A stretch of DNA of 64,000 nt from Phoronis australis (taxonomy: Eukaryota; Animalia; Phoronida), in assembly GCA_002633005.1 (NCBI GenBank), contig NMRA01000058.1:473585-537584 (forward strand). Direction: 5' to 3'. Position numbers and translations under genes: made by a program. Position 1 is the first letter of the stretch; each line of letters opens with the position of its first letter. Positions 1-11,879 of this stretch are shown in pieces. The notes beneath the pieces are model-generated. The model was not told where the DNA came from. It searched no databases and saw only the letters and a list, made by a program, of their open reading frames with translations.

Positions 1-1922
1 AACTGAAAAAGCTCAGAAAGAAACAACATTGCAAAGGAGTCCATAATCAGGCATATCAAGTGCTGAATTTCTGAATTACGTTCAATTTTATCAGGTAATT
101 GCTGAAGGATTGCTTTTCACTTTGTCCAAGAGTAAAATAGATGGTCAGGCGGTTGCTTTCAGTTGTTTTCTCTCACCTGTAAAAGAATAGTCGGAGAAAT
201 ATTAGCAAATTGTAAAAGAAAAGAGAAGACAAAACTACTTTTGTAAGAAAGCACATACTTGACGTTTCATCTTCATGTTTATGTGTAGAAACTAACGTTT
301 GTACACAAGTCTTATTTAATATTTGAATTAAAATATGTGAAACAGGCTAAAAGTGATTTAACAATGTCTATTTCTCATGACACTTAAAATGTGCTTCTGA
401 TCTTAACAAGCAAAATTCACTCTAGGTGTCAATTTTTTTTCCAATGCAATGTTACGACATTTACTGAACTAAGGCTTATTCATGTCAATTCGACTGATCT
501 GGTAGTCCAGGGGGTGGGGTCCGCGATAAAATAAGGAAACTCACTCATCTAGAGAATTTTATTGGAAACAGCATAGTTTTGAAGAGAAACTGCTGTGAAA
601 AAGTCACTCTTGACTTCTGTGCATCACGTACCATACACCTCTTATTTTGGGAGCACTCCCACCCAGGACAATATAAATATGTGCTGCTAGCCATCGGGTG
701 AGTTTCCTAAACGAAACACTTAGTTCCACTCAATAAACCTGTTATTCAGTGGGGTAACTGGTGGGGACAACATCACCCAACGATGTTGACAGAAACTGAT
801 TGCTAAAAACTTACCAAGTAATGTTGTGTAGTCTCCGAATGGAACTGCATAGTCATGGAGCACACACGGGGCTTCAGCATCCACACACTTTTTGTCAGTT
901 AGTTGACCCTTTTGACCGAAATTTTCCACGAATATAGTAACTTAAGGTTTTTTGGGAATTTGTGGCCACCTGTCGAAGACTTGCATCAGGGAAATTAGCA
1001 GTAATAAGGCTTAGCGCGACGACGTATTTTAATATCAATTCCATCTTTCACCAGTTGTTTACATGCAGACAGCCACGCATGCGCAATTCAATCACCACTA
1101 GTACAGCGGCGACACCGTGAGGAGAATTCTCCGAATCGCCCCATTTTTTGGCTTACGGCCAGTGGCAAGTTAAAAATCCTCTGAGTTTGACAGCCTAGTT
1201 TCACCACGGCGCGTTCCCAGCACAGAAGCACGGTTTATCTGCGAAGACTCTACTCTGACGGCATGTAGTGGTCCATGTGTCGCGCGCGCAGCTTGTCTTC
1301 ACAGCGCGTGCATGCACTCTCACCGAATCGTGCAACACCACCCACGTCGACACTCAGCGTCCTCTTGCAAGACACCTGACCTTATATTACCGACTTCTCT
1401 TATACATGCACAATTTCTGCACGGACTCCTCAAGCTGAGTGCAGTGATGGCTTCGGTAGGGCTTGGCGTACTCAACTTAATTTTTTTGCAGATAGACAAA
1501 CAGGCTCACGCTCGGAACAGGAGCTAGTTCACCATTTCACTACCAACTTTCACATGGTCAAAAATAGAATTGTTTTATTTTTGGTCTTGCTACAACACCA
1601 ATATCAGCTGGTACATCACTCTCGATTGCCCGGTTACGCAATGCTTGTTGACAGGGTTAGATTAGAGCCAGTGTCCTTGTATATAAGCTCCGCCCCACTT
1701 GTCAATCACTGAGCTGGTGAGCACTCAAGCCATATGACTTAATGAGGCTTGGTCAAATATAGCTAAAAAAACAACTTTGGATTTTCAGAATTTTATTTTT
1801 CTTCAGTATACTGTGCATCAAGAATTAAAGATTAGGATGACATAAAAATGTAAAAAACAATCAAAATTAATTTTTTTTGTGTATCCACCTACCTTAAAAA
1901 CTAAAGTTCACACTCTGTAATA

Positions 1923-3095
1923 ATGAAAGTGCTCCGAGGAGCGACACCTAGCAAAATTAATTGAAAAAACGACGATAAAGATGACGACTAAGATGATATA
2001 TAAGGCAATGATTGTGACGATGATGAGCATTATGATATCATTCATATGACGAACTTAGATGTCATAAACCAGTAAGAAATAGGCTACAGTCTTGAGTGAC
2101 ACTTGGCAAAATTAACTGAAAAGACGATGACAAATATGATGACGATGGTGATGAGGATGAACAACATTATAACATTCATATGATGAACTTAGATGTCATA
2201 AATCAGTAAGAAATAGGCTACAGTCTTGTTCAATAGAAGCTTAACCAACATCAAAGCAGCAAAAACGCTCAACAAAGGAAGAGTGCTATCAGAAAAATAC
2301 ACACAATTCAAAAAGTAGACGTCCTAGCAAAAAATGGAAAGCATATTCTGAAAGCCCATTCAATTAAACTCTATCTCACTTGATGGTTTCGCAGCATTCG
2401 TAAATTTTTTGAAAAAAATTTTGCAGGTTTTTTTGGAATTCAAAGTGAAAGAACTCAAAAACGGTAAGTCTGAGAAAAAATTATTATAGTTAATTTGAAA
2501 GAGTATACCTCAGAGAATCCAAATGCAAAAATTCACGTCATTTTCTCTTCCCATTTAAAATGCCATCCCAGCACGACTAAAAATGGGTCAATATGCGCCA
2601 GATCCGCCATCTGGGAAACAACTTCCAGTTTTTTTAACATAGAATAATAACTAGTTGTAAAAAACTATGTGAAAAATTTCGAAAAAATTGGTGCAATAAT
2701 GTGCCCTCTACTGGAAAAAATGTTTTTTGAACAAAATCGAAGTGTGCATGCGCCATGGCCGATATTTGCGTCATTTTTGACCAGAAGTAAATAATTTCCA
2801 GCGAATTTGTAACACATGGATACTTCATTATTTCTACTGCTTTTCAGCTCTGAAAGTCAAAAATTACGGCTTCTATGAGCAATTGAATCTCAAATTGGAA
2901 ACAAAATGGCCGCCATATCCTCCATCTTGGATCCCATTATGACGAAAAACAATTGCGTTCCTCTACTCAAAGATGTACACCATGGGTGTAAATTTCCTGA
3001 TGATTGGACAAAAATTGTGACCTGTGTTGTGCGAAAAAACAAAAAAAAACTTGGTGACAGAGCAACATACTTGGCGAATTTTATTTCGCCAACTA
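1923..3095 (-). mobile_element. Non-autonomous Helentron-like element (HINE/DINE-1 architecture), copy 1
   Basis: Short hairpin gctc-cgag-gagc next to a subterminal repeat at one end; palindrome acttggcgaa...ttcgccaact at the other; internal ~140-bp GAT-rich duplication; homologous to 9739-11347. Confidence 0.6.
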
Positions 3096-3284
3096 AAAAG
3101 AACTGTAGAATATGTTAGCCTAGGCAACACAGCAAATTATTCAATATCTGAACAAACCCAAAGTTTGGATAAATGACTGGGTTCTGCTATGGTGAAAATG
3201 GGCCAAAAAGGCTAACAAAATGTAGTGAACATGTGGAATTCAATAACACAAATGGTCATTGGAAATGAAATTATTGCCTTTTAA

Positions 3285-5813
3285 AGTCCTGCTCTCAAAC
3301 TGCCCATGTGGTTCTAGTATCCGAAAATACTTACTACATAAATTCTTATTTTCGACACCCTTTCTTTATATTCTTTTCGCCTTTCTTGCCAAAAGCAATT
3401 TTTTAACAGTATTCGACTCTTCTCTGTGAGCGTATAATTACCGGCTGTCATCGGTTATTTCCGTATTCAGTTTCGGATCAGTTCAGGAACGCTGCCATTT
3501 TTTCCTTGTAACTGAATGTGCTATGGCTTGCTCGAAAAGTCTTCATTATTTTCTTTTATTAGTAATATCTCGTGATTCGTTTGCATATATAGTGTACTTA
3601 TAGTTTGTAGTCAGTGGTCGTTGATTTTTTTTGGAATGTTACGCGACTTAGTATGTTAAAATAGCATTGGTGTTTAGTTTCTTACGTAGGGCGGTCGAAC
3701 CTAGAAACCAAAATGGATCGAACCAATTTTTTTCGGTTTTATTTTTTTTTTCTTCTTTTGAAAAAGTACTCTGCTATCATTGGAAAGGTAGTACATTCTA
3801 CTCAGTAAAAATCGAAAAAGTATCAAAATCGGGGCAAGCAGTGTAAAGTTTTGTGGCGAAATTTGGGTCATTTTGTTTGGATCGCGTCGGCCACATTGGA
3901 GGACAGCGGGATAAGTTACGAGTTTAAAACTTTGTGTAAATTGTTTTCGCCAACAAATTATGGTGAAATTTAGTTAGACATATCTTTACTTACTATTCTG
4001 CACGATTCAACAGTGTTCACCAAATTTCAGCCTCGCAGTTGTTACTCATTAAGTGATAAATGTGCTCACAATTCCCGTTGGACTTCGTCTCATTTCTGGC
4101 GGCACCGACAACATGGCGACTTTTGCTGAACTGAAAGGCATATTCAATCGGCTACTTTGTAATTTGTGAAGATTTAACGTTAATACATTTTGACAAACGT
4201 TGCTACAAAAATGAAACTTTGTTCAATTTTCGTGTTGTTTTTGCAAAAATATAAGATATATTCGAATTATTTTACTGTAAATTTCCCATTCAGGTGATCT
4301 TACACTAAGCTAAAAAAATAGTTGAAATAATTTTGATATGGTCTTTTGTTTGACTGTCAACTGCTGTTCAAGACTTGATTCGGTGTCACAAAATGATTCA
4401 TATTTTTTCTAAATTTTAAGTCTCAATTGCTTTCAAGTCAGGTTTTGTAACTTATTGCTTCTTAATTCAGGTTATCAAGTCAACAATATGAATAATCTTA
4501 ATTTGAGAAATAAGCTATGTTGGATTGTGAAGCTTCAAGCCTCTAATTCTTGTTCCTTGCAAGTTCATATTTTTTTAAATGATGCTTGTCAAATTCTGGT
4601 GTAAGGAAACACTATTCCGTCACCATGGTAATATTTACATGTATGTCCACTTTCATATCATGGAAATTGTTGCTGTTGAATAGTGTTTGTAATGCTAAAT
4701 GTTGTAAAGTATTGTGCATTTTAAGTTACTTATTATGTTAAAAGTTTGAATCATTTTGGGTTAATGAATAAAAAATGATAACATGTTGCATTGGACTTGT
4801 CATACTTATGTGCTCGAACGAGCCCCCTTTTTGGAGAACTGGAAAAAGGTCTGCCTCAGTCACAGAAGCACGAATTCCAGAAAAAGTGGAAAATGAGACA
4901 ATATTCCACTAGAAGACAGGAAGTACCAAAATTTATAGAGTCTGCAATTCACAGCTCTGAACATACCCACTGAATCTTATAGTAAAAGATAGACATTCCC
5001 AAAAATTCTTTTAGGCTTGGTGCGCTCATACAAAGTCTGGGAAAATCTCTATTGAAAGCCAACAACTTTGCACAGTTCGCCAGAGGTACCCAAGTCCTAA
5101 ATAAACCTCGTTTGAGCGAGCGCTGTCGCCAGCGACCAGTTAGGCCTAAGGGTAGCCTTGGCGCAAAGCTGTATAGGCCTACTAACAAGCTGTATTTTGA
5201 CGATAGTCTTCACTGGTAGCTGGTGACAGGTTAACTAAGGTCTGCCGCGGCAGTGTGACACAGGACTAACCAGCCCGTAATTTCATGCAAGTGTCTGAAA
5301 CTACCCTAGAATATATGCAGCATTTATCATTTGACCATTTTACTTCAACAAAACAGCTTGCAACCGCATGCATTTACCTTCACCAGTGTCTGGTCTCGAT
5401 CCACACCGGGTCCGATAGGCTGCAGTCCCGAGTCTGGCAAAATAATTTCTGTCAAAATCTATTCGTCACATTTCTTCAGCAAATTCGATAAAATTGTCCG
5501 TAGTTTGATTTTATTAAAGTTAAGGCGCGCTGTCGATTATTTTATCCACGTTTGCTGGCTGGTAACAGTACAGGCACTGCTCCAGTTGCACTGACGGCGT
5601 ATTCTCGGCCTGGGTTCCTGAATGAATTGTACTTCCGAGTTCGTGGCAAGTTCAAAATGGCGGTAGTTCTTTGGGTGCGAATCGTGAGTGGCGCGTTCAT
5701 TTAAACTTTTTTCGAGTACGGATCGTGTATTAGTTATGGGGTAGGTACTTCTTGGATCCTTATAACATCCTCTAACCATGTAATAAGGGTTAACAAGGTG
5801 TGAGAGCAGGACT
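3285..5813 (+). mobile_element. Kolobok-type non-autonomous DNA transposon, family A copy 1 (~2.5 kb), with decayed KolX-like coding relic on the minus strand
   Basis: TIRs AGTCCTGCTCTCA(A/C)AC at both ends; TTAA TSD (3281-3284, 5814-5817); AG...CT termini; near-identical copies at 26.7 and 38.6 kb. Confidence 0.85.
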
Positions 5814-5889
5814 TTAAATAACAACATGGTGCTTATTATCACCAAACAAAAATAAATAGCCATACAACATTATGTTACCATGTGATGCA

Positions 5890-7130
5890 GAAACAGTGAT
5901 GTAGTGTACGTACCCCCTTTTGTAGTGTAAGTACCCCCATGTTTACAAATGCCATGGAATTAAAATATCACTTGGTAAGTGAGCAACATTGGTCATAGAC
6001 AGTTTCCTTCCTTGAAGATGTTAGGTTAAAAGTGTTTATTGCAAATACATTTGTTTTGAGTGAAATATTAGCGTTTGTGTAGCTTATGTACCTCGTATTT
6101 TAATTTTTGCCTATTTTCAAAGTATGGCAAATATGCACATGAATGCTCAGGAGATTTTTAGTATTTAGTTACAAACCAGACATATCATTGAAATGTAGTG
6201 ATCTACATACCCCTGTGTAGTGTACGTACCCCGATGTGAACAATTACCATGAAACAAAAATATTACATGGTAAATATGCAACAGCTTCCTCCATTAAAAT
6301 GCTAGGTTAAAAGGGTGTTAATTACAAATGCATTTGTTTAGAGTGAAATATTAGCATTTGTGTAGTGTACGTACAACTATATTTTAACATGTGCCTGTTT
6401 TCAAAGAATGACAGACAGGTATACACATTTATGCTGTACTTTTTGTTTGTTCTCTTTGAAAAGATTTGGTACATGAACAATGCTGACATTTCTAAAATGC
6501 ATCCAGTCTGACAAAACAAAAAACGATGGACATTATTAATTTTGTGGGAAATAAAATGCCACACAGGTCTTGGCTAGTAACATCCTAGAAGACATGTCAT
6601 GTGACAACTGATGTTGGAGAGGCAGGTTCTCTATGTATCAAGACAAGTTAATGCAACAAAACAACTAGGAGAGGCAGCACAAAATCCGAGATCATCACAT
6701 GTAACTTAGTCAAAATTTGACGTTGACTGACTGTTTATAGTGTACGTACCCCCCAACCAGTACCATTTTTTACTGTTTGCAAGTTGAACACTGGGCGCAA
6801 CATTGCTTTAACTATTTTGACCAACTGGTGAATGTGTTGAAAACTAGGCAAATAGCACCAATAAAGTTTTTGAAAAAAGTAGTTACCTGTCCTTTTCTTT
6901 TTCTTAAGAATCATATTGCAAGAGAAGATAGTTCTCATAATACTGTGTTAAGACGAGCAATATATCATCATCTAGAACAACTTGATCAGCACGGTAATAA
7001 TTTTTCTTACTTTAGTGTGTGATACTTCTTCAATTTGATCAAGAACTTAATAAACCAACAGCTGCCTTATGAATTTTTGCATGATAGAAGTGGGCTGTGA
7101 CCACAAGTTGTAGTGTACGTACCCTTTTAT
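5890..7130. repeat. DNA-transposon-derived region with dispersed direct motif GTAGTGTACGTACCCC and a diverged ~300-bp internal duplication
   Basis: Motif at ~5901, 5922, 6217, 6361, 6738 and 7109; segments ~5920-6120 and ~6215-6400 are similar. Confidence 0.5.
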
Positions 7131-7624
7131 GCAAATGCGATGCATTAGGCCACAAAATTTTATTCGGTGGTTCTTGTGCAAAAATATTTTAGATTACAAA
7201 CCTGGAATGATGGTACTTTAAAACAACACAGCTTTTACAGTTATATGACAACCTTCACTTTTGGCCACCGAATATGGACCTTGATTGTGATTTGCCCGCG
7301 TGCATTAGTCAACGCATGTGCACTGTGCATTAGTCAGTGCATGCGCACTTCTATTTACAAATCTGATTAGACACTTGGCCCATTTCACAACATCTTGTCT
7401 ATACCTTTTTACAATGCCTGCTGTAAAGAGGCCTATTTATCTAGGAGGTGGTCTAAAGTACTGTCCACACACAGATTTACCCTATAACAAGTTACTCCTG
7501 GAACAAGTAACTTGTCCTAGGGTAACGTGCACCACCTTCAATCGCTGTGTGGCTGCAAACCTGCAACAGCAGTTCATTGTAATGCACAGAGCAACAACTT
7601 CTGCCTTGTGCTAGTTAGCTGAAT

Positions 7625-7625
<1 letters not shown>

Positions 7626-7683
<58 letters not shown>

Positions 7684-7700
7684 NTGTGTGTGTGTGTGTG
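7626..7700. repeat. (GT)n microsatellite
   Basis: About 37 GT units with one N. Confidence 0.98.
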
Positions 7701-8100
7701 GACACTCCGCTTAAATGGGGCAAACTGCACTAGTGCAGGTTTTTTTAGGTCTGTGTGTGAACAGGACTTCAATATCCTATTGCGTGGAGTGAAGCACGAC
7801 AACAATGGTTTCGAAGCAATTAAACACATACTGGCTACTGATGAATCGTGGATTGAAATTAGTGACTTGGAGCTGTTTGGATTCTGAAATTGAATTCCTC
7901 GAAAAAATTGTGCCAGGATCATTTTTCCTAAAAGAAATATGATAAAAATTAGCCAAAATAGATGTATTAGATTTGGTTTCTGTGAGTAACTCTTTGGACC
8001 AGATTGTTGGCCTGCGAGTCATGTTGATGGACAAAGGAGCACAGGAACACTTTACAATGGACTAACTGCAGCAGGATTAAGAAACCATCATCTAGAGTAG
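7700..8100 (+). mobile_element. Possible highly decayed L2/CR1-type LINE ORF2 C-terminal fragment
   Basis: Frameshifted remnants such as KNCARIIFPK resemble the post-RT QKRxxRIIxP motif; weak. Confidence 0.3.
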
Positions 8101-8160
8101 AAAATAAGCCTGAGGTAATTCTATTATGAATACAAAAGTGTCATGGCTCCAAACAATTAC

Positions 8161-8250
8161 CTTTGTTCTTGTCCTTCTTTGAAAGATAGCTCCAGTTTCT
8201 TTTCAAGGGCTGTCTCGTGTTGCATAAGAATTTCAGATGTGTTCTTCAAG
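8161..8250 (-). CDS. SIX6OS1: Coding exon 4 (90 nt, phase 2-2) of SIX6OS1-like gene: LKNTSEILMQHETALEKKLELSFKEGQEQ
   Basis: Acceptor tgatgttttgtatag, donor AAG|gtaatt; phase-compatible with exon 3; K-x-T...HE matches human WKPTCDVFRKHE. Later exons were not found and presumably lie left of the window. Confidence 0.78.
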
Positions 8251-8379
8251 CTATACAAAACATCAAAACAAAAAGGTGTTGAGAACAGAAACATATATGT
8301 ACTTTTTCATTCAAATTATTGGGGCACTAAAGGTAGGAAACTAATGCGGGTAGTGCCCAAATCAGACACGAGTCGTCCT

Positions 8380-11300
8380 CCAAATGCTAAAAACACTCCC
8401 TACCCACTAAACGAGATCTTGTCAAACCCCACTGATCAGGAAAAACTGTGGGGTTTGGCTGATTGAACTAGACCATGTTTATCCACCTTGGCTGTGTCGT
8501 GCTCAGCTCACAATCAAAGGGATCCCGTCTAGCTGCGAGTATTCATCGAGTCACGAGCGAAGATAATTGGCTTCGCACATGCGGATATGATCAGCTGATT
8601 ATAATCTAGCCAAGATGACCGTACTTTTTACGGAGAGCGTTTTACATAGCTTTGAGTTTAATATTTGAAAAGAGACAAAAATGTTGATACAACTTTGAAT
8701 TTTTCAAATCGGTCCAGACTAAGAGATTTAGCAACACAGCAACACTTGCGATTACTTTCAATCGGCGTGCACGAATACAAAAATATAGGACCCAGGAAGT
8801 TATTTAGATTTTGGAACACATGCATTGCAATATTCAAAATACGTTTATTATGACTTTTACACTGCAAAACGACGACGTTTAATTTCATTGTGCTCATTCA
8901 TTGTCAACCGTCAAATCGGAAATTTCCGAGATGTGAACTGCGGCGTGCGCGTATGTATACAAAACACGTGATTGTTATGTTCCTGAAGTATGAACATTAA
9001 GAAACTTTAGCATGCCGTTATTATTGACAGGGACACGATAAATCAAATTTGGATTTTGACGATAGTCTTGATATAGCGAGCTGGCTGACCGCTGCGTCAG
9101 TGTCTCCGTTAGACCCAGAAATTTCACACAGCCTGGGAAGTTCACCTCGTCACCTTGTCTCCAACATGTAGATCGAGCCTAGGACTATTAATGTTTTACT
9201 CCACGGTAGAGCTAACGACCTTCGGCCTGTGCACACAAAATCTGTCAGTTAACCGGCACTCACCTTGCACGTTGTAGCCGTTTAAGTGAAAAACATTCTA
9301 ATAAACGCTGGATCACGCACAGGGTGAAAAACAACAGCAGCGTTTAAATTGAAACTTTATTTTTACATCAGACATCAGTGTAAGTCTAGAAGAAGCTCAA
9401 ATTGCTTGAACGCTGTGACAGATATTTCAACTGAAAAACTGGCAGGTAACTACAACACATCCATCCTCTACAAGAATCAAGTGAAAAAAGGACCGGGTAG
9501 CTTTAAATTTCGTCCTGGCTAAGACATGGGTTATACTAAAACTATAAATGTAGCGTAGCCAAGCTGAAACACAAAATAAATAACAGAGGGCAGAACTAAT
9601 AAACTTAAAATAATACAAACTCTCGACGAAACAAACGCCATTGTTTCGCATAATCCTCCGCCTATTGTAACAAACAAGTTTGTCGTTGATGACCCGCACG
9701 CGCTCGCTCACTCACTCTCATACGCAGACGAACTTCAAAACGAGAGCGCTCGGAGGAGCGACACTTGGTGAAATTACGCGAAAACAGGACGATGGGGAGG
9801 ACGACGACGACAATCATGACGACTAGTGAGAAATGAACAATATCTTATGAAAGCCCGTTTAAAACTCTATCGACCTGTACAGATTTCTGATCGGTCAATA
9901 TACATGGCAAGAAAATCCCGGCACACAAAACTATTTGCAAAAATGCCAAATTTGACAATTTTCTCCCCAAAATAACCACTTCCCTGCAAGTGCTAGAAAA
10001 AGTCTGACTACAGATTCAAAATGCTCGTCCTCACTAAGTTCTAACTATGTGGTCATAGTTAGCCTTTTACTAGCTACTTTTGTGGCAAATTTGATCTGTC
10101 TGACAGCCACTTGAAATCACACCCGGTTTCTCGGACAACAAACGACAGGGGTTGATAGCAAATTACAGCCACCAGTTTGCATCAAAAATAGGTAAAACTT
10201 GGCTTTTCTCATTCAAAAACACAAGTAAATAAGTTTCCTGGCAATTGTTGTCAACAATTTCCTCAAACCACCCGTCAAACCTGACACACGCCCTCAACAT
10301 AAATTCTAGGGACTAGAAAATGCTCCGTGGCCGCGGCCTGACTGTCAGTGCTACCTACAGTCTTGAGCGAAAACAGACAAAATTAACGACGATGATTGTG
10401 ATGATGAAGGTGGCGATGACGAACAACATCATAACATTCATACGACAAACTTAGATGTCATAAATTAGTAAGAAATAAGCTACATTCTTGTTCAAATAAA
10501 CTAAACCAACATCAATGCAGTAAGAGCGCTGACGAACAGCGCTATCAGAAAATCTCAAATAATTCAAAAGGTAGACATCCTAGTGAAAAATGGAAAACTT
10601 CTTCTGAAAGCCCATTCCAAACTCTACCTAGATTCAGTTTCGCAACATTCCCTAACTTTTTTGAAAAAATTGAAATTTTGCGTTTTTTTTGAAATTCAAA
10701 GTCAAGTAACTGGAAAACGGTAAGTCTGAGAAAAACGATATCGTAGAACTTTTGAAAGACAGTACTTTAAGGATTCCACATACAAAAATTCACATCATTG
10801 GATCTTTCCGTTAAAAATGCGACACCAGAACGATTGAAAACGAGTGAAAATGTGCCACAGCCGCCATCTTGAAGGTGACTTCCGGTTAAACAAAATTTTA
10901 TAAAAGCTGATAAATAGCAATAAACAAGTGACCAGTTTGAAATTGATTGGTTCGCCAATGCGCCCTCTACAGGAGAAAACATTTTTGGCCAGATATCGAG
11001 GTGTGCATGCGTCATTGTCAATATTTCCGCCATCATTAACTGGAAGTCAAAGTTTTTCGGCACAGTTGTAGCACGTGTTCTATAATAATCGTACCACGTT
11101 TCAGCCCTGTATGTTGAAAAATGCGGCCTCTATGAGCATTTGACGGTGAAATCGGAAACAAAATGGCCGCTACGTCCGCCATTTTCAACCGATCATAACC
11201 AAAAACAATAGGCCTCCAGCACTTTCCGATCTACACGACGTTTGCAAATTTCGTGAGAATCGGACGAAAATTGCACCTGTAGAGTGCGAACAAAAAAAAA

Positions 11301-11879
11301 TTGACGACAGCAACATACTTGTCGGAATTCGAAGAATTTCGCCAAGTAACAAACGTCACGTGACAACAACATGTGTTTTCATCCAGAGATTTTTCTTGTG
11401 TTGTGGGGTACGATGTAGTGCAGATTTGGACTTAATCGCAATTAGTACTCCAAATGAACTTTAAAAAGTGTAAAAAACAAGGAAGATTTCAGGTTTGTTG
11501 AGTCAAAACTATATTTTTATTCAAGAATTCAACTTTTCCTATTGACGATCGCGATTCAGCGACGTATTAGTCGGCAAGTTTTCGCCCTGGGATTTCAGCA
11601 CAATTTTTTGAATAATGATCGTAATTTCACAACGGAGTTTGTTTCCAATGCACCACAATTTTGTAGAAAGACTGTCATAGGCTACAAATACGTCATAGAG
11701 CGTAAATTTGATGAATCCTAGCTTCCGATTTTACCCGTTTCGGACACCGGGTTTCAACTGCCTTAGGCTTCAATAAGCATCCCCTCCCCATGAAATGAAT
11801 TTTTCTAAGTGTTAGAGCCAATCATCTTTCCACCAAGGCTAGGTGATGCTATGCCATTATTCTTTGCTGCATTATTTAA
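8380..11879 (+). mobile_element. Interspersed repeat family B copy 1 (interrupted by a Helentron-like element, cut off by a Sola3-like element)
   Basis: Homologous to 34133-34895 (-), 44660-46420 (-) and 50515-52205 (+); conserved stem-loop caaacccca...tggggtttg near the left end. Confidence 0.8.
9739..11347 (-). mobile_element. Non-autonomous Helentron-like element copy 2, nested in family B
   Basis: Hairpin cgctc-ggag-gagcg plus subTIR acttggtgaaatt; terminal palindrome acttgtcggaattc-gaa-gaatttcgccaagt. Inserted in an A-run without TSD; the empty site ttcaaaacaaacgtc is seen in the family B copy at ~51465. Confidence 0.75.

Noticed and set aside
100-195. Minus-strand acceptor ctattcttttacag at 177-178 as the next exon
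   Set aside because: The required phase-2 frame hits TGA immediately; the other frames also stop quickly.
940-1897. TTAAGG...CCTTAA-bounded Kolobok-like element
   Set aside because: The ends match only over ttaaggt and no TIR extends further; the coding relic is too weak to call.
5890-7130. Dispersed conserved motifs as a CRISPR-like array (also 25.1-25.5, 29.6-29.9 and 49.9-52.8 kb)
   Set aside because: Spacing is irregular, the spacers are similar to each other, there are no cas genes, and the context is eukaryotic TE subterminal repeats.
7611-7922. Poly-HT / poly-CV ORFs
   Set aside because: Translation of the (GT)n microsatellite.
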